A stretch of 64,000 nucleotides of DNA from Thermoanaerobaculia bacterium (GTDB lineage: Bacteria; Acidobacteriota; Thermoanaerobaculia; UBA5066): positions 96,001 to 160,000 of the forward strand of contig CAWFJJ010000008.1 of the NCBI GenBank assembly GCA_963816185.1. Direction: 5' to 3'. The notes below the pieces were generated by a model. The model did no database searches. It had not been told where the DNA came from and worked only from the letters and a program-made list of their open reading frames with translations. A program made the position numbers and the translations under genes. Below are positions 1 through 10,273 of the stretch, one piece after another (within the stretch, counting starts at the first letter, position 1; the number at the start of each line of letters is the position of its first letter).

Positions 1-1539
1 GGAGCGGCGGGGCGGATCGACGGCAGCGACAACAGGCTCTATGCGGCGACGTTACGGGATGGGAGCCTCTGGACGGCCACGACGGTCGGGACCATCGTGT
101 CGGGCGGCAACTGCGTCGGCGTGGCCGGCGGCACGGCGGACCGGGACGCGGTGTTCTGGTGGGAGATCCAGGGGATCCCGACCGGGTCGACCCCTTCGAT
201 CCGGCAGGCCGGCATCGTCTGCGACCCGGCGGCGTCGAATCCGAACTTTTACAGCTACGGGACGATCGCCCCGAACGGCCAGGGGCAGGCCGCCCTCGGG
301 TTCACGATCGCCGGAAGCCTGAACTTCCTGAGCGCGGGCACGGCAGGGCGGCTCGCCGGGGACACGCTCAGCACGCTGCGGTCGATCAACGTTTACGGCC
401 CGGGCGTCGCCGCGTACAACCCGACCTTCGATCCTCGCTTAGACAACTACACGCGCTGGGGCGATTTCTCTTTCACCAGCCTCGACCCTTGCAGCGACAT
501 GACCCTCTGGACGATCCAGGAGTATGTTCCCGTCGCCGACCAGTACGGTACGCGCTTCGCCGAGCTGAAGGGGCCGCCGCCGGCGACGCCTGCTTCGGCC
601 AGCCCTCCCTCCGTCGCCGCCGGCCAGGCGAGCGCCAGTGTCGTCATCACCGGGACGTCGTCGTCAGGCTCCGGCTTCTACGACACGCCGTCGAGCATGT
701 CGGCGGAGCCGTGCCGGACTCGCCTCTCGAGCGCCGTCTCCGGTGTCACGGTGAACAGCGTCACGTACAACAGCCCGACGCAGGTCACCCTCGGCATCAG
801 CACCGTCGGCTCGACGGCGGGAGCCAAGAACGTCACGGTGACGAACCCGGACGGACAGACGGCCATGGGAAGCGGGATCCTGACGATCACGACCACCTGC
901 ACGCCGCCGCCGGCGCCGGTCGTCACGGCGCCATCGGTCGTCGGCGCGGGTTCTCCGAACCGGATCGCCAGCGTCCCGAATCACGCGGGGTCGAGCTACG
1001 CATGGATCGTGACGAACGGGACGATCACCGCTGGACTCGGGACGAGCCAGATCACCTTCACGGCGGGGACGGCGGGGACGCCGCTGACTTTTTCGGTGAA
1101 CGAGACGGATTCCTCGGGCTGCACGAGCGCGGCGGGGACCGCGACTGCGGAGGTTGCGCCGGCGGGGTCGGCGGTCCAGTTCTACACGTTGACGCCGTGC
1201 CGGCAGCTCGACACGCGAGCAGGGGCAGGAACGCCACTCGCGGCATCTTCGACTCTGACGGTTCCGCTCACCGGGGCGCCGTGCGGCATTCCGGCAGGCG
1301 CCACCTCGGTCTCGGCGAACGTCACGATTACGCAGCCGACCGGGCAAGGGTTCTTGACCATCTATCCGGCGGACGAGACGCGGCCGGTCACGAGCAACAC
1401 CAACTTCACTGCGGGGCTGACACGCGCCAATAACGCGATTCTCCGCCTGTCGAGTGACGGGACCGGGCGCGTCAGCGTCTTCAACGGCTCGGGGGGAACG
1501 GTTCAGGTCGTCATCGACGTGAACGGGTACTTCCAGTAG
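1..1539 (+). CDS. 5'-partial exported Ser/Thr/Gly-rich protein: RWGD-motif domain, Ig/IPT-like modules and C-terminal PCRxxDTR...DVNGYFQ domain
   Basis: Frame is open from base 1 (GAAGRIDGSDNRLY...). Contains RWGDFS and the Ig-like strand VTVTNPDGQ. C-terminal domain 1180-1539 aligns by eye with five other proteins in the window. Confidence 0.85.
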   Translation, partial: GAAGRIDGSDNRLYAATLRDGSLWTATTVGTIVSGGNCVGVAGGTADRDAVFWWEIQGIPTGSTPSIRQAGIVCDPAASNPNFYSYGTIAPNGQGQAALGFTIAGSLNFLSAGTAGRLAGDTLSTLRSINVYGPGVAAYNPTFDPRLDNYTRWGDFSFTSLDPCSDMTLWTIQEYVPVADQYGTRFAELKGPPPATPASASPPSVAAGQASASVVITGTSSSGSGFYDTPSSMSAEPCRTRLSSAVSGVTVNSVTYNSPTQVTLGISTVGSTAGAKNVTVTNPDGQTAMGSGILTITTTCTPPPAPVVTAPSVVGAGSPNRIASVPNHAGSSYAWIVTNGTITAGLGTSQITFTAGTAGTPLTFSVNETDSSGCTSAAGTATAEVAPAGSAVQFYTLTPCRQLDTRAGAGTPLAASSTLTVPLTGAPCGIPAGATSVSANVTITQPTGQGFLTIYPADETRPVTSNTNFTAGLTRANNAILRLSSDGTGRVSVFNGSGGTVQVVIDVNGYFQ

Positions 1540-1700
1540 AAAGCCGGGCCTGACAGTTTCTGTCGCCGTCCTCGCGGCCCCAGAGCAATAAATGGCTCCA
1601 CACGGGCCATCGTGGGCGCTTAGGGCGGTTTCGCGTCCTTAACCGGCCGGCAAGGAATGTGTATAAGCGGTGAGGCGTCGACACTCCCAAGGGATCCCGT

Positions 1701-3213
1701 GTGAAGATCTTCGGTCGAAATGCCGTGCGAATCGTCTTCCTGGTGGCCGCCCTCGGGGCGGCGGGCCGGGCCTCGGCGGAGCGCCCGGTCGACGAGCGGC
1801 CAGATGGCGTTCTGGTACCAGCCGCGACGATTCAGCCGTCGAATGCGCCAGTCTCGAGATCTTCGGATGTCCGCGCGCGCCTTCCGCTCGTGGGAGAGCC
1901 GGTCAACGGGTTTCCGAACTGGCAGGAGCGGGTGATTCACGAGTGGATCAACCGGGCCCGTGTCGATCCGCAGGCCGATCTGGCCGGGTGCGGCACGAAC
2001 TGCGCAGAGAAACAGGAACTGCTATACCCCGCAGGGCCCCCTGATCTGGGACGCGAACGCTGGCCGCTCCGCGCGCTATCACTCCGCGGAGATGGGGCTC
2101 CAGAACTTCTTCGCCCACGACTCGGCCTGCACCCTCGTCAGCAACCTCAACAGCCTCTACCCGGGCAACTGTGGCGGATCCGTCTCGTGCGCCTGCGTCG
2201 GCGGCCTGGGAATGTGCAATCCCGCCTGCACCGCATGGAACGCCCGAATCGGGCTCTTTGGGGCGAGCGCCTACGGCGAGATCATCGCCGCCGGCTATTC
2301 AGATGCGAACAGCGCGTTCTACGCATGGCTGTGGGAGCAATCCACCTCCACATCGTGCTCCTTCAGTAGCGCCAACGGCCACCGCTGGCTGATCCTCAAG
2401 GCGAGCAGCGCCGTGGGCACGGGGTACCAGAGCGGCAGCGGCCCGTACAACCGCTACTACACCGGTGACTTCGCCGACTCGAACAGCCCGATCCCCAAGA
2501 TCCCTTCGGGCACGCACTACCCGCAGCAGGCCGGCTCCATCGATTTCTGGGCGAACTGGTACGACTCGGCCCCGCCTCAGAGTGCCGCCGTCAACGTGGA
2601 CGGGATCTGCCATCCGATGACGCTCCAGAGAGGGTCCGCAGCGAACGGAGCCTATGCGGCGCTGGGGATCGCAGGCCTCGGCTCGGGCTGTCACCACTAC
2701 TTCTTCACGTTCCACGATTCGTCGGGAAACGAAGTCACGTACCCCTCGAGCGGGTCCTACGGCATCGGCCTGACGGCGTGCAACGACTGGGATCTCTCGC
2801 GGCCCTTGCCCTGTACGTCTTCCCCCCCAACGGCGACCCGCTTCTATGCGGTGACTCCGTGCCGCGTCCTCGACACGCGGAAAGCGAACGGCCCGCTGGG
2901 CGGGCCGGCGCTGAACGGCAGCGGCGCCCGGCGCCTCTTCACGGTCACCGGAACCTGCAGCATTCCGACTTCCGCAAAGTCCGTGACGGTCAATCTCACT
3001 GTCACCCAGCCGGCCGCGGCGGGCAGCCTGACCGTCTTCCCCGGAAACGGCATCCCGACGGGCACCAGCTCGATCAGCTTCTCGGCAGGGCAGACGCGGG
3101 CGAACAACGCGATCCTTTATCTGGCCACGGACGGCACCGGCTCGATCGGCGTGGAGAACGACTCGGCCTCGACGGTGCAATTCATCCTGGACGTCGATGG
3201 CTATTTCCAGTGA
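1701..3213 (+). CDS. Exported Cys-rich CAP/SCP-domain protein with C-terminal PCRxxDTR domain (one frameshift near 2011)
   Basis: Signal peptide in ORF 1701 (IVFLVAALGAAGRASA). Removing one A in GAGAAACAGG joins it to ORF 1960-3213. CAP-type motifs ARYHSAEM..FFAH, GEIIAAGY and SANGHRWLIL. Ends DVDGYFQ. Confidence 0.8.
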
Positions 3214-4585
3214 GCGGCTCTTTCTCGCCTTCGCCGTTCTCGCGGCTCTCGTCGCCGCGCCGGTGGCCGTCGGCCAGGCGGTGCAGGGCGGGGCGTTGCC
3301 GGGTCCCCTTCCGCTCCTTCCTCCCGACAACTGGTGGAACGTGGACGTGAGCGCGGCGCCTCTCGACCCGAACAGCGCCGCGTTCATCACCTGGATCGGC
3401 GCCACGAAAGGCCTTCATCCGGACTTCGGAGGGGATTCTTCGCCCTCTCCGCAGATCTACGGCATGCCGTACGTCGTCGTCCCGGGAAGCGAGCCCCTCG
3501 AGCCGGTGGCCTTCGACTACGCGGACGAGAGCGACCCGGGCGCCCCGGGCCGTCCTCCCGGCTACCCGATTCCCGCCGAGGCGATCTCGCAGCCGAAGTG
3601 GATCGAAGGGGGATACCCGGGGAACGCCACCGTCGGCGGCGACAAGCACATGCTCATCGTGGACAAGGACAACCGCATCCTCTTCGAGACCTGGAACACG
3701 CGGTTCAACAACGTGACGCAGTCGTGGGAAGCCGGTTCAGGGGCCGTCTTCCCCCTCGACTCGAACCAGCGGCGCCCCGACACGTGGACGAGCGCCGACG
3801 CGGCGGGTCTCGCCATCCTCCCCGGACTCATCCGGTACGACGAGGTGTCCGGCTCCGGTCCCATCCGGCACGCCTTCCGTTTCACCGTCCGTGCCACGAA
3901 CGGTTACGTCTTTCCCGCCTCGCACCGCGCCGGCTCGACGGCCGGCGCGCCACCCATGGGGACGCGCCTGCGGCTGAAGGCGGCGAAGGACATCTCGGGC
4001 TACTCCGCGGACGTCCAGAAGATCTTCCAGGCCATGAAGACGTACGGCCTCATCGTGGCGGACAACGGCACGGACATGTACGTCCAGGGGACGTACGACA
4101 CGCGCTGGAACAACGACGTCCTGAACCCCGCCTTCGCCAGCCTTCACACGAGCGACTTCGAGGTCGTCCGGCTCGGCTGGAGGCCGGTCCTCGAAACGAG
4201 CTCCGGCTCCACGTTCTTCTACACGCTCCCGCCCTGCCGCGTCGTCGATACGAGGAACGCGTCCGGACCCTACGGCGGACCGGCCATTCCGCCGGGTAAC
4301 CAGCGCATTTTCACGATCACGGGGCGGTGTGGCGTGCCGGCCACGGCGAAAGCCGTTTCAGGAAACGTGACCGCCGTCACACCCTCGTCGAACGGGGCCT
4401 TCCAGCTCTTTTCGGGGGACGACCAGCCGGGCGTCCCGACGACAATTTCGTTCGCCGCCGGAAAGACCCGCGCCAACAACGTCGTCCTGAAGCTGGCTGG
4501 TAGCGGCTCGGGAACCCTGGGGGTCGCCAGTACAGCATCCGGACCTGTCCATCTGGTCATTGACATCAACGGGTACTTTCAATGA
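3197..4585 (+). CDS. Exported protein of unknown function with C-terminal PCRxxDTR domain
   Basis: Signal peptide LFLAFAVLAALVAAPVAVG; globular domain (DKHMLIVD, WTSADAAGL, RYDEV, RHAFRF); ends DINGYFQ; overlaps upstream stop. Confidence 0.85.
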   Translation: MAISSERLFLAFAVLAALVAAPVAVGQAVQGGALPGPLPLLPPDNWWNVDVSAAPLDPNSAAFITWIGATKGLHPDFGGDSSPSPQIYGMPYVVVPGSEPLEPVAFDYADESDPGAPGRPPGYPIPAEAISQPKWIEGGYPGNATVGGDKHMLIVDKDNRILFETWNTRFNNVTQSWEAGSGAVFPLDSNQRRPDTWTSADAAGLAILPGLIRYDEVSGSGPIRHAFRFTVRATNGYVFPASHRAGSTAGAPPMGTRLRLKAAKDISGYSADVQKIFQAMKTYGLIVADNGTDMYVQGTYDTRWNNDVLNPAFASLHTSDFEVVRLGWRPVLETSSGSTFFYTLPPCRVVDTRNASGPYGGPAIPPGNQRIFTITGRCGVPATAKAVSGNVTAVTPSSNGAFQLFSGDDQPGVPTTISFAAGKTRANNVVLKLAGSGSGTLGVASTASGPVHLVIDINGYFQ

Positions 4586-4613
4586 GAATTTCGGAGCACA
4601 TAGGGGAGACACC

Positions 4614-5129
4614 ATGAAGAGAAAGAAGCTCGTCTCGACGTTCGCGCTGACCCTTCTTCTTGCCGGTATGTCCGTGGCAGCCCGAGAGGCCCGGGCGCAG
4701 AGCGGGCCGTTCCAGTATTTCGCGATCAGCCCGTGCCGGGTCTATGACACGCGCACCGGAGCTCCGTCTGCCGGCGGAACCGGCGGTGGGGTGATTTTTT
4801 CAGCGACGGTGCGGTCATTTCTCTTGCGCGGGCTGTGCGGGATTCCGCAGACCGCCGTGGCCGTCTCGCTGAATCTCACGGTGACGCAGCCGACCGCTCC
4901 CGCGGGCGACCTGCGCATCGCTCCAACGGGCGTCACCTTTCCGAAGGTGTCGACGCTGAATTACATCCAGGGCGACACACTCGCGAACGGGGCCATCGTT
5001 CCGCTCGGGACCGTGGCTACCGGACAGCCCGACTTCCAGGTGCTGGGTGCGGGCTGCGCGCCGTCGGGATGCACGAGCACCTTCACGTATCAGCTGATCA
5101 TCGACGTGACCGGATACTTCCAGCCCTAG
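4614..5129 (+). CDS. Small secreted protein consisting only of the PCRxxDTR domain
   Basis: GGGGAG RBS before ATG 4614; signal peptide MKRKKLVSTFALTLLLAGMSVAAREARA; the rest is the shared domain ending DVTGYFQP. Confidence 0.9.
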   Translation: MKRKKLVSTFALTLLLAGMSVAAREARAQSGPFQYFAISPCRVYDTRTGAPSAGGTGGGVIFSATVRSFLLRGLCGIPQTAVAVSLNLTVTQPTAPAGDLRIAPTGVTFPKVSTLNYIQGDTLANGAIVPLGTVATGQPDFQVLGAGCAPSGCTSTFTYQLIIDVTGYFQP

Positions 5130-5180
5130 TCATAGACGCTCGATCGTTGATCGGTCTTCTTTGAGTCGGGCGACCGCGAA

Positions 5181-7102
5181 ATGAGGCGGGCCGCCCGGCT
5201 TTTTCCTTTTGCGGCGCTCTTTGCCGCGTCCCTCGCGACCCAGTCGTTCGTCATCCTCACCTCGAGGATCCCGCGGAACGCGGATCAGGCGATGGCCGGC
5301 CTCATCGCCAAGCACATCCTGGACGGCCGGGGCCATCCGGTCTTCTTCTACGGCTCGACCTACGGCGGAACGGCGGAACCGCATTTCATGGCGGTCCTCT
5401 TCGCGGCCTTCGGGGCGTCCCCCGGGGTCTACAGGGCCGGCCTGGTCTTCCTTCTCTGGCTCACGATCTGCGGTCTCACCGCGATCACCTGGAAGGCATT
5501 CGGCGCGCGCGCCGCGGTCGGAACACTCGGCTTCCTCGCGCTTCCGCCGTTCTACTTTCTCTACAAGGAGCTGACATCCGACGGTGTCTACGCCCCGGTC
5601 ACGCTGAGTGCCGTCGGAGTGCTGGCCGGCTCGGTTCTCGCGCTGCAGGCCGAGAGCCCGGTCAAGGGGCGCACGCCGTGGTGGCTCCCCGCGGTTCTCG
5701 TGGGGCTCGCGGGAGGAATCGGCTTCTGGGTTTCTCCGGGGACGCTGCCCGTGACCGTGATCGGACTCGTTACCCTCGCCTGGCGGCGTTGGGATCGATC
5801 CGCCCTCCGCTCCTTCCTGCTCTTCATCGCGTCGTTTCTCGCCGGGAGCGCGCCGTGGTGGGTCTGGAATCTCCGCCACTCCTGGCAAAGCGTTCTGTCC
5901 CCCGATGTCGCGCGGACGGACGCCCTGGGAGCTCTTCGGAACCTGCGGGATTTCCTCGTCTTCTCGTTTCCCGTCCTGACCGGGACCGCGGAGTCCAACG
6001 ACATCCACTCGCGCTCGCCGTTTCCTTTCGCCCGTCTGGCGGCCACAGCAGCCTTCGGAGTCGTGCTCCTTCTCGCGAGCCAGCAGAAGGGAACCGGGCG
6101 CCGAACCGCGCGCTTTCTCGTTCTCTGGCTGGCCGGGCTCGTCGTCGCCACCACAGTGTCCGCCCGCTTTTCGCCATTCGAGCCGCGGCTCGCCATCGCG
6201 TGGTACGTCTTCTTCGCGCCGCTCGTGGGCGCTGCCCTGGCCGCCCTGTGGGAAAAGAAGCGATTCGGAGCCGCGCTCCTCGGGGGTGTGCTTCTCATCG
6301 TCGATATCTCGAGCCTGGGCTGCCGCGAAGCGTCACCTCCGGAACAGGCGGGAGGTCACGGCCTCCATCGAACCCCTGCTCAAGCGCCTCGGTGAGCTCA
6401 ACGTGCGCGCTCTCTATGCCGATTATTGGACGGCCTATCGCGTCGACTTCGAATCGGGAGAGAAGATCATCGCCAGCCCTCTCGTCGCAGAGGACACGAT
6501 TCGATACGAGCCGTATCGGCGGGATCGTCGATACGTCTCCGAACCCCGCGGTCGTGATCCTCCTCGAGGAGGTGCCTCGCTCGGGCGAAGACGTGCCGCA
6601 ACGCGCGCGCGCGTTCGAAGAGTACCTTGCCGAGCTGCGTTTGCCCTACCGACGGGACGACGTCGAGGACTTCAGCATCTTCACCGGTCTTTCCGACTCC
6701 GCGCTCGCGACGATTCGGCGTGCGCAGTCGCTGCCGGTCCCCTTGGCAGCTTATCGCGTCGAATGGCTCGACGTCCCGAATCCTGGAGTGGTGCGCGCGG
6801 GAACGCTGGTCACGACGTCGGTCCGCGTCCGTAACGCCAGCAACTACTTGTGGAGTCCGGCTTTTCACGTCGGCGCCATGGTCCGCCGACAGGGGTCGCC
6901 ACCCGGCGAGAACGTGTCCTCGGCGCGCGGGCTGCCGGATCGATGGACGAATCCCGGGGAGAGCATCGAAGTGCCCGTGACGATCAGAGCGCCTTCGACT
7001 CCGGGCCTGTATCAGCTCGTTTACGACATGGTTTTCGAGAACGTGGCGTGGTTCTCGGATCGCGGCGGGATGCCTCATATCGTCCCGCTGGAAGTTCGAT
7101 GA
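5181..7102 (+). CDS. GT-C fold (ArnT/PMT-like) membrane glycosyltransferase with C-terminal Ig-like (NBR1/FW-like) domain; frameshifts near 6320 and 6521
   Basis: Many TM helices with loop NADQA..G..P.FFYG..YGG. Continues through ORF 6286-6834 (YADYWTAYR) and the tail of 5678-7102 (VRVRN..W, PGE, APSTPGLY.L.YDMV.E...WFS). Confidence 0.7.
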
Positions 7103-7109
7103 CCAAGCC

Positions 7110-8111
7110 ATGAGAGAGTCTTTCGTTCAATCCCTCAGGTGCCCGGCCTGCGGAATGTCCGAATGGCGGCTTTCCGTTCGTTCGAATGACAAGCGGGAGA
7201 TCCGCGAAGGCGAGCTGACGTGCGGGAGCTGCGAGAAGCATTTTCAGATCGAGGGCGGAATCGTCGATTTTCTGGACCGTGAAGATGACGGCCTCGCGCG
7301 GGAGGTCAAGGGCTGGCACGAGATGGCCGGCGCGCTGGAAGAGTCTCTCGTTCCGACGATGACGGCCCTCCCCTGGTATCCCCATGAGCCGTGGATTCAC
7401 GTGGCCCCCGACTTCTTCCAGCTCTTCGAACACGTCGATTTCGCGGGCCGCCGGATCGTCGATCTGGGCGCCGGCCGGACCTGGTCTTCGCGATTCCTCG
7501 TGACGGTCGGCCGCGCGGCGGAGGTCGTCGCCGTCGACGTTCTGAAAAAGCGCTTCCTCGGCCTCGAGACCGCCGATGTGTTCTTCGATCAGGACGGGAT
7601 CTTCTTCGAGAGAGTTTGTGCGGACATCCACCGGCTCCCGCTCCGGGACGCGTGGGCGGACATCGTGTTCAGTTGTGCCGCCATCCACCATTCTTCTGAT
7701 CCTCTGAAGCTCTTCCGGGAGGTCGGGCGGGTTCTGAAGCCGGCGGGCCTCTTCGTCTTCATCTCGGAGCCGGTCAAGAAGGAATCGATTTCGGCCCGTC
7801 AGCCGGACAACGACGAGACGCGGCACGGAATCAACGAGCACATCTACAGCTTCGCTGAATACCGTGACGCATGGCGGGCGGCCGGTTTTCGCGGGCAGCA
7901 GCTCTCGCCGCGCACCGTTCGGTACCGGGCGCTCTATCCCGACGCCGACTTCCAGAAAGGACTGTCGCCGGCCCTCGTGCATCTCACGCGCTCGAGCTGG
8001 GGGCGACGCCTCGTGACGAGGCTCCTGCGCGGCCGTTGGACCGGACCTCTCGTTTACAGATACTCGAGTCTGCCGCTGACATGCATCGTCAAGAAGCCGG
8101 TGGCGGGTTGA
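7110..8111 (+). CDS. Class I SAM-dependent methyltransferase with N-terminal Trm112-like Zn ribbon
   Basis: CPAC...CGSC; IVDLGAGRTW; ADIHRLP; AIHH; RVLKPAG. Confidence 0.85.
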   Translation: MRESFVQSLRCPACGMSEWRLSVRSNDKREIREGELTCGSCEKHFQIEGGIVDFLDREDDGLAREVKGWHEMAGALEESLVPTMTALPWYPHEPWIHVAPDFFQLFEHVDFAGRRIVDLGAGRTWSSRFLVTVGRAAEVVAVDVLKKRFLGLETADVFFDQDGIFFERVCADIHRLPLRDAWADIVFSCAAIHHSSDPLKLFREVGRVLKPAGLFVFISEPVKKESISARQPDNDETRHGINEHIYSFAEYRDAWRAAGFRGQQLSPRTVRYRALYPDADFQKGLSPALVHLTRSSWGRRLVTRLLRGRWTGPLVYRYSSLPLTCIVKKPVAG

Positions 8112-8206
8112 CGGTGTCCAATGTGTCCAGCGTCACCATTCACGCCTTGGCTCATGATTTGCGTCGAAGCATCTGGCTGGAGTTACGTCCAGCAATCCAG
8201 AAGGGT

Positions 8207-10192
8207 ATGGGCTGGATGAACGTCAAATTTTTGTCGGTTGCAGGAGTCGTGGTGGCTCTCGGGTTGTCAGTGCCGGCACTCGGACAAAACAACCCGCCGC
8301 TGCGCACGGGTTTCCCGCTCTTCATCAACGGCGGTGGAACACCTTACGGCCAGACGGTCGTCGCCGACCTCAAGTGGCCCGCGCCGTACGACCAGTACAA
8401 GTCGATCATCTTCACCTCCTGGAATCAGGCCACGTCTCAAGCATGGCTCTATGTCGTGCGATTCAACGGGACCAGCGCCTCCGTTCCGGCTCCGTTTCCG
8501 ATCGCGATGCCGACGCTCTGTGCCGGCAACCCGGCGGTGGGGGACCTCGACAACGACGGCGTTCCGGAGATCGTCGTTCCTTATGGCTCACAGTACCGAG
8601 ACAATTTCGTCGGCGGCGTGCGAGCGTACCGGCGGGACGGCACGCAGATGTGGGACTACCCGAGCTCGAACAACCCTCCGAGCTGCTGCGGCGCCGACTT
8701 TCCCTACGGTGTCGTCGGCAGCCCGGCGATCGCCGACGTCGACGGAGACGGATTCGTGGAGGTCGCGTGGGGGTCCTTCGACGGGAAGGTCTACCTCGTT
8801 GACGGGCGAACCGGCGCGAACAAGGCCGGTTGGCCGATCTTCGTCGGCGACACGATCTGGTCTTCACCCGTCCTCTTCGATCTCGATGGCGATGGGAAGA
8901 AGGAAGTCATCATCAGCGTCGACGACGGGCCCCAGAACGGGGGCACCCTCCACGTCTTTCGCCACGACGGAACGGGCGGCGGCGCGCCGGGAATGGTCCC
9001 GGTCCCGGAACTGCCGGGTTTTCCGATCGACTACGACCAGGCACTTTACAGCGCACCCGCAGTCGGCGACATCGACGGGGACGGGAAGCCCGAGATCGTC
9101 TTCGGGACAAGCACCTTCTACGGTAACCCTGCGCCCTGTGGAAGCGGCATCCCGCCCCTGCGCGCACGCCGCGTCTACGCCGTGAAGTGCGATGGATCCT
9201 CGGTTCCCGGCTGGCCCGTCACGACGGACGGTGAGGTCCGCACGACGCCGGCGCTCGCCGACGTCGACCTCGACGGCATCGTCGACGTCGTCGCCACCGA
9301 CATCGACTGCTCGACCGGGACACCGAAGAATTTCAAGGTCTATGGCTTCAAGGGAACCGGCTTGCAGCTCTTCAAGGCGACACCCCTTTCGTTCAGCGGC
9401 GTCAACCTGAACGCAGGCGATCCTGTGGTCGCCGACGTCCTCGGGGACGGGAAGCCCGAGATCCTCGTCCCGACGAACACGGAGATCGCCGTCTTCACGA
9501 ACACGGGGACACAGCTCACGCACAGCACCGGCTTCTCTCCACCGCCGCCTCCTGGTGTCTCGAGCTTTTACACGCCGACGTCGGTCTCTGGTGCCGTGGT
9601 CTCCTCGATGAAAGTCAGTCCGTCGTCGACCGACCCCGTGGACGTCATCGTGGTGTCCGCGTCGGACTTCCCGACGGCCTCCAACACACAAGTGACGGTG
9701 TGGAACCCGAAGATGAACCCTCTGCCCGCTCCGACGTGGGGAATGGTCCGGCAGAATCCGGCCAGAACGGCGGTCGTTCCGGGAACGCTTTCCTGTACGG
9801 CGGTGCCGCCGGTCGCGACGAAGTTCTACGTCCTTTCGCCCTGTCGCGCCTTCGACACCCGGAATCCCGCGGGGCAATTCGGCGGGCCCGCGATAGGCGC
9901 TTCCTCGAGCCGGACCTTCGATCTGGCCGGGATCTGTGGTATTCCGTCCGACGCGAAGTCCATCTCGATCAACGCGACAGTCGTAAATCCCCCGGCAGCG
10001 GGGTTCCTCGTCCTGTATCCCGCCGGCATGGGGCGCCCATCCTCGAGCACGATCAACTTCTGGCCTGGACAGACGAGAGCGAACAACGCGCTCATCCGGC
10101 TCTCCTCGGACGGCCTCGCCGGTCTCGTCGTGACGAACGGAAGTCCGGCGCCGACCGACGTCGTGGTCGACGTAAGCGGCTATTTCAAGTAG
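8207..10192 (+). CDS. Exported FG-GAP/VCBS-repeat protein with C-terminal PCRxxDTR domain
   Basis: Signal peptide after M8207/M8216; repeated SPA(I/V)(A/G)DxDxDGxxE loops; ends DVSGYFK. Confidence 0.88.
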   Translation: MGWMNVKFLSVAGVVVALGLSVPALGQNNPPLRTGFPLFINGGGTPYGQTVVADLKWPAPYDQYKSIIFTSWNQATSQAWLYVVRFNGTSASVPAPFPIAMPTLCAGNPAVGDLDNDGVPEIVVPYGSQYRDNFVGGVRAYRRDGTQMWDYPSSNNPPSCCGADFPYGVVGSPAIADVDGDGFVEVAWGSFDGKVYLVDGRTGANKAGWPIFVGDTIWSSPVLFDLDGDGKKEVIISVDDGPQNGGTLHVFRHDGTGGGAPGMVPVPELPGFPIDYDQALYSAPAVGDIDGDGKPEIVFGTSTFYGNPAPCGSGIPPLRARRVYAVKCDGSSVPGWPVTTDGEVRTTPALADVDLDGIVDVVATDIDCSTGTPKNFKVYGFKGTGLQLFKATPLSFSGVNLNAGDPVVADVLGDGKPEILVPTNTEIAVFTNTGTQLTHSTGFSPPPPPGVSSFYTPTSVSGAVVSSMKVSPSSTDPVDVIVVSASDFPTASNTQVTVWNPKMNPLPAPTWGMVRQNPARTAVVPGTLSCTAVPPVATKFYVLSPCRAFDTRNPAGQFGGPAIGASSSRTFDLAGICGIPSDAKSISINATVVNPPAAGFLVLYPAGMGRPSSSTINFWPGQTRANNALIRLSSDGLAGLVVTNGSPAPTDVVVDVSGYFK

Positions 10193-10216
10193 TCGGTGCG
10201 GTCCGGCGACCCGCAA

Positions 10217-10234
10217 GGGCGGGTCCGGCAAGCA
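10217..10234. terminator. GC-rich hairpin between convergent genes
   Basis: GACCCGC-AAGG-GCGGGTC between stops at 10192 (+) and 10274 (-); no U-tract. Confidence 0.35.
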
Positions 10235-10273
10235 GAACCGGCCCGGTCCGCCATCGCCCTCTCCGAACCGCGT

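Noticed and set aside
7099-7113. Four-codon ORF MTKP bridging two genes by ATGA overlaps
   Set aside because: More simply a one-base deletion in the methyltransferase N-terminus, given the other indels in this region.
1525-10192. C-terminal GYF(Q/K) as a BAM beta-signal or autotransporter barrel
   Set aside because: The domain is too small for a barrel, has paired Cys, and also occurs N-terminally at 37675, so the motif is not a terminal signal.
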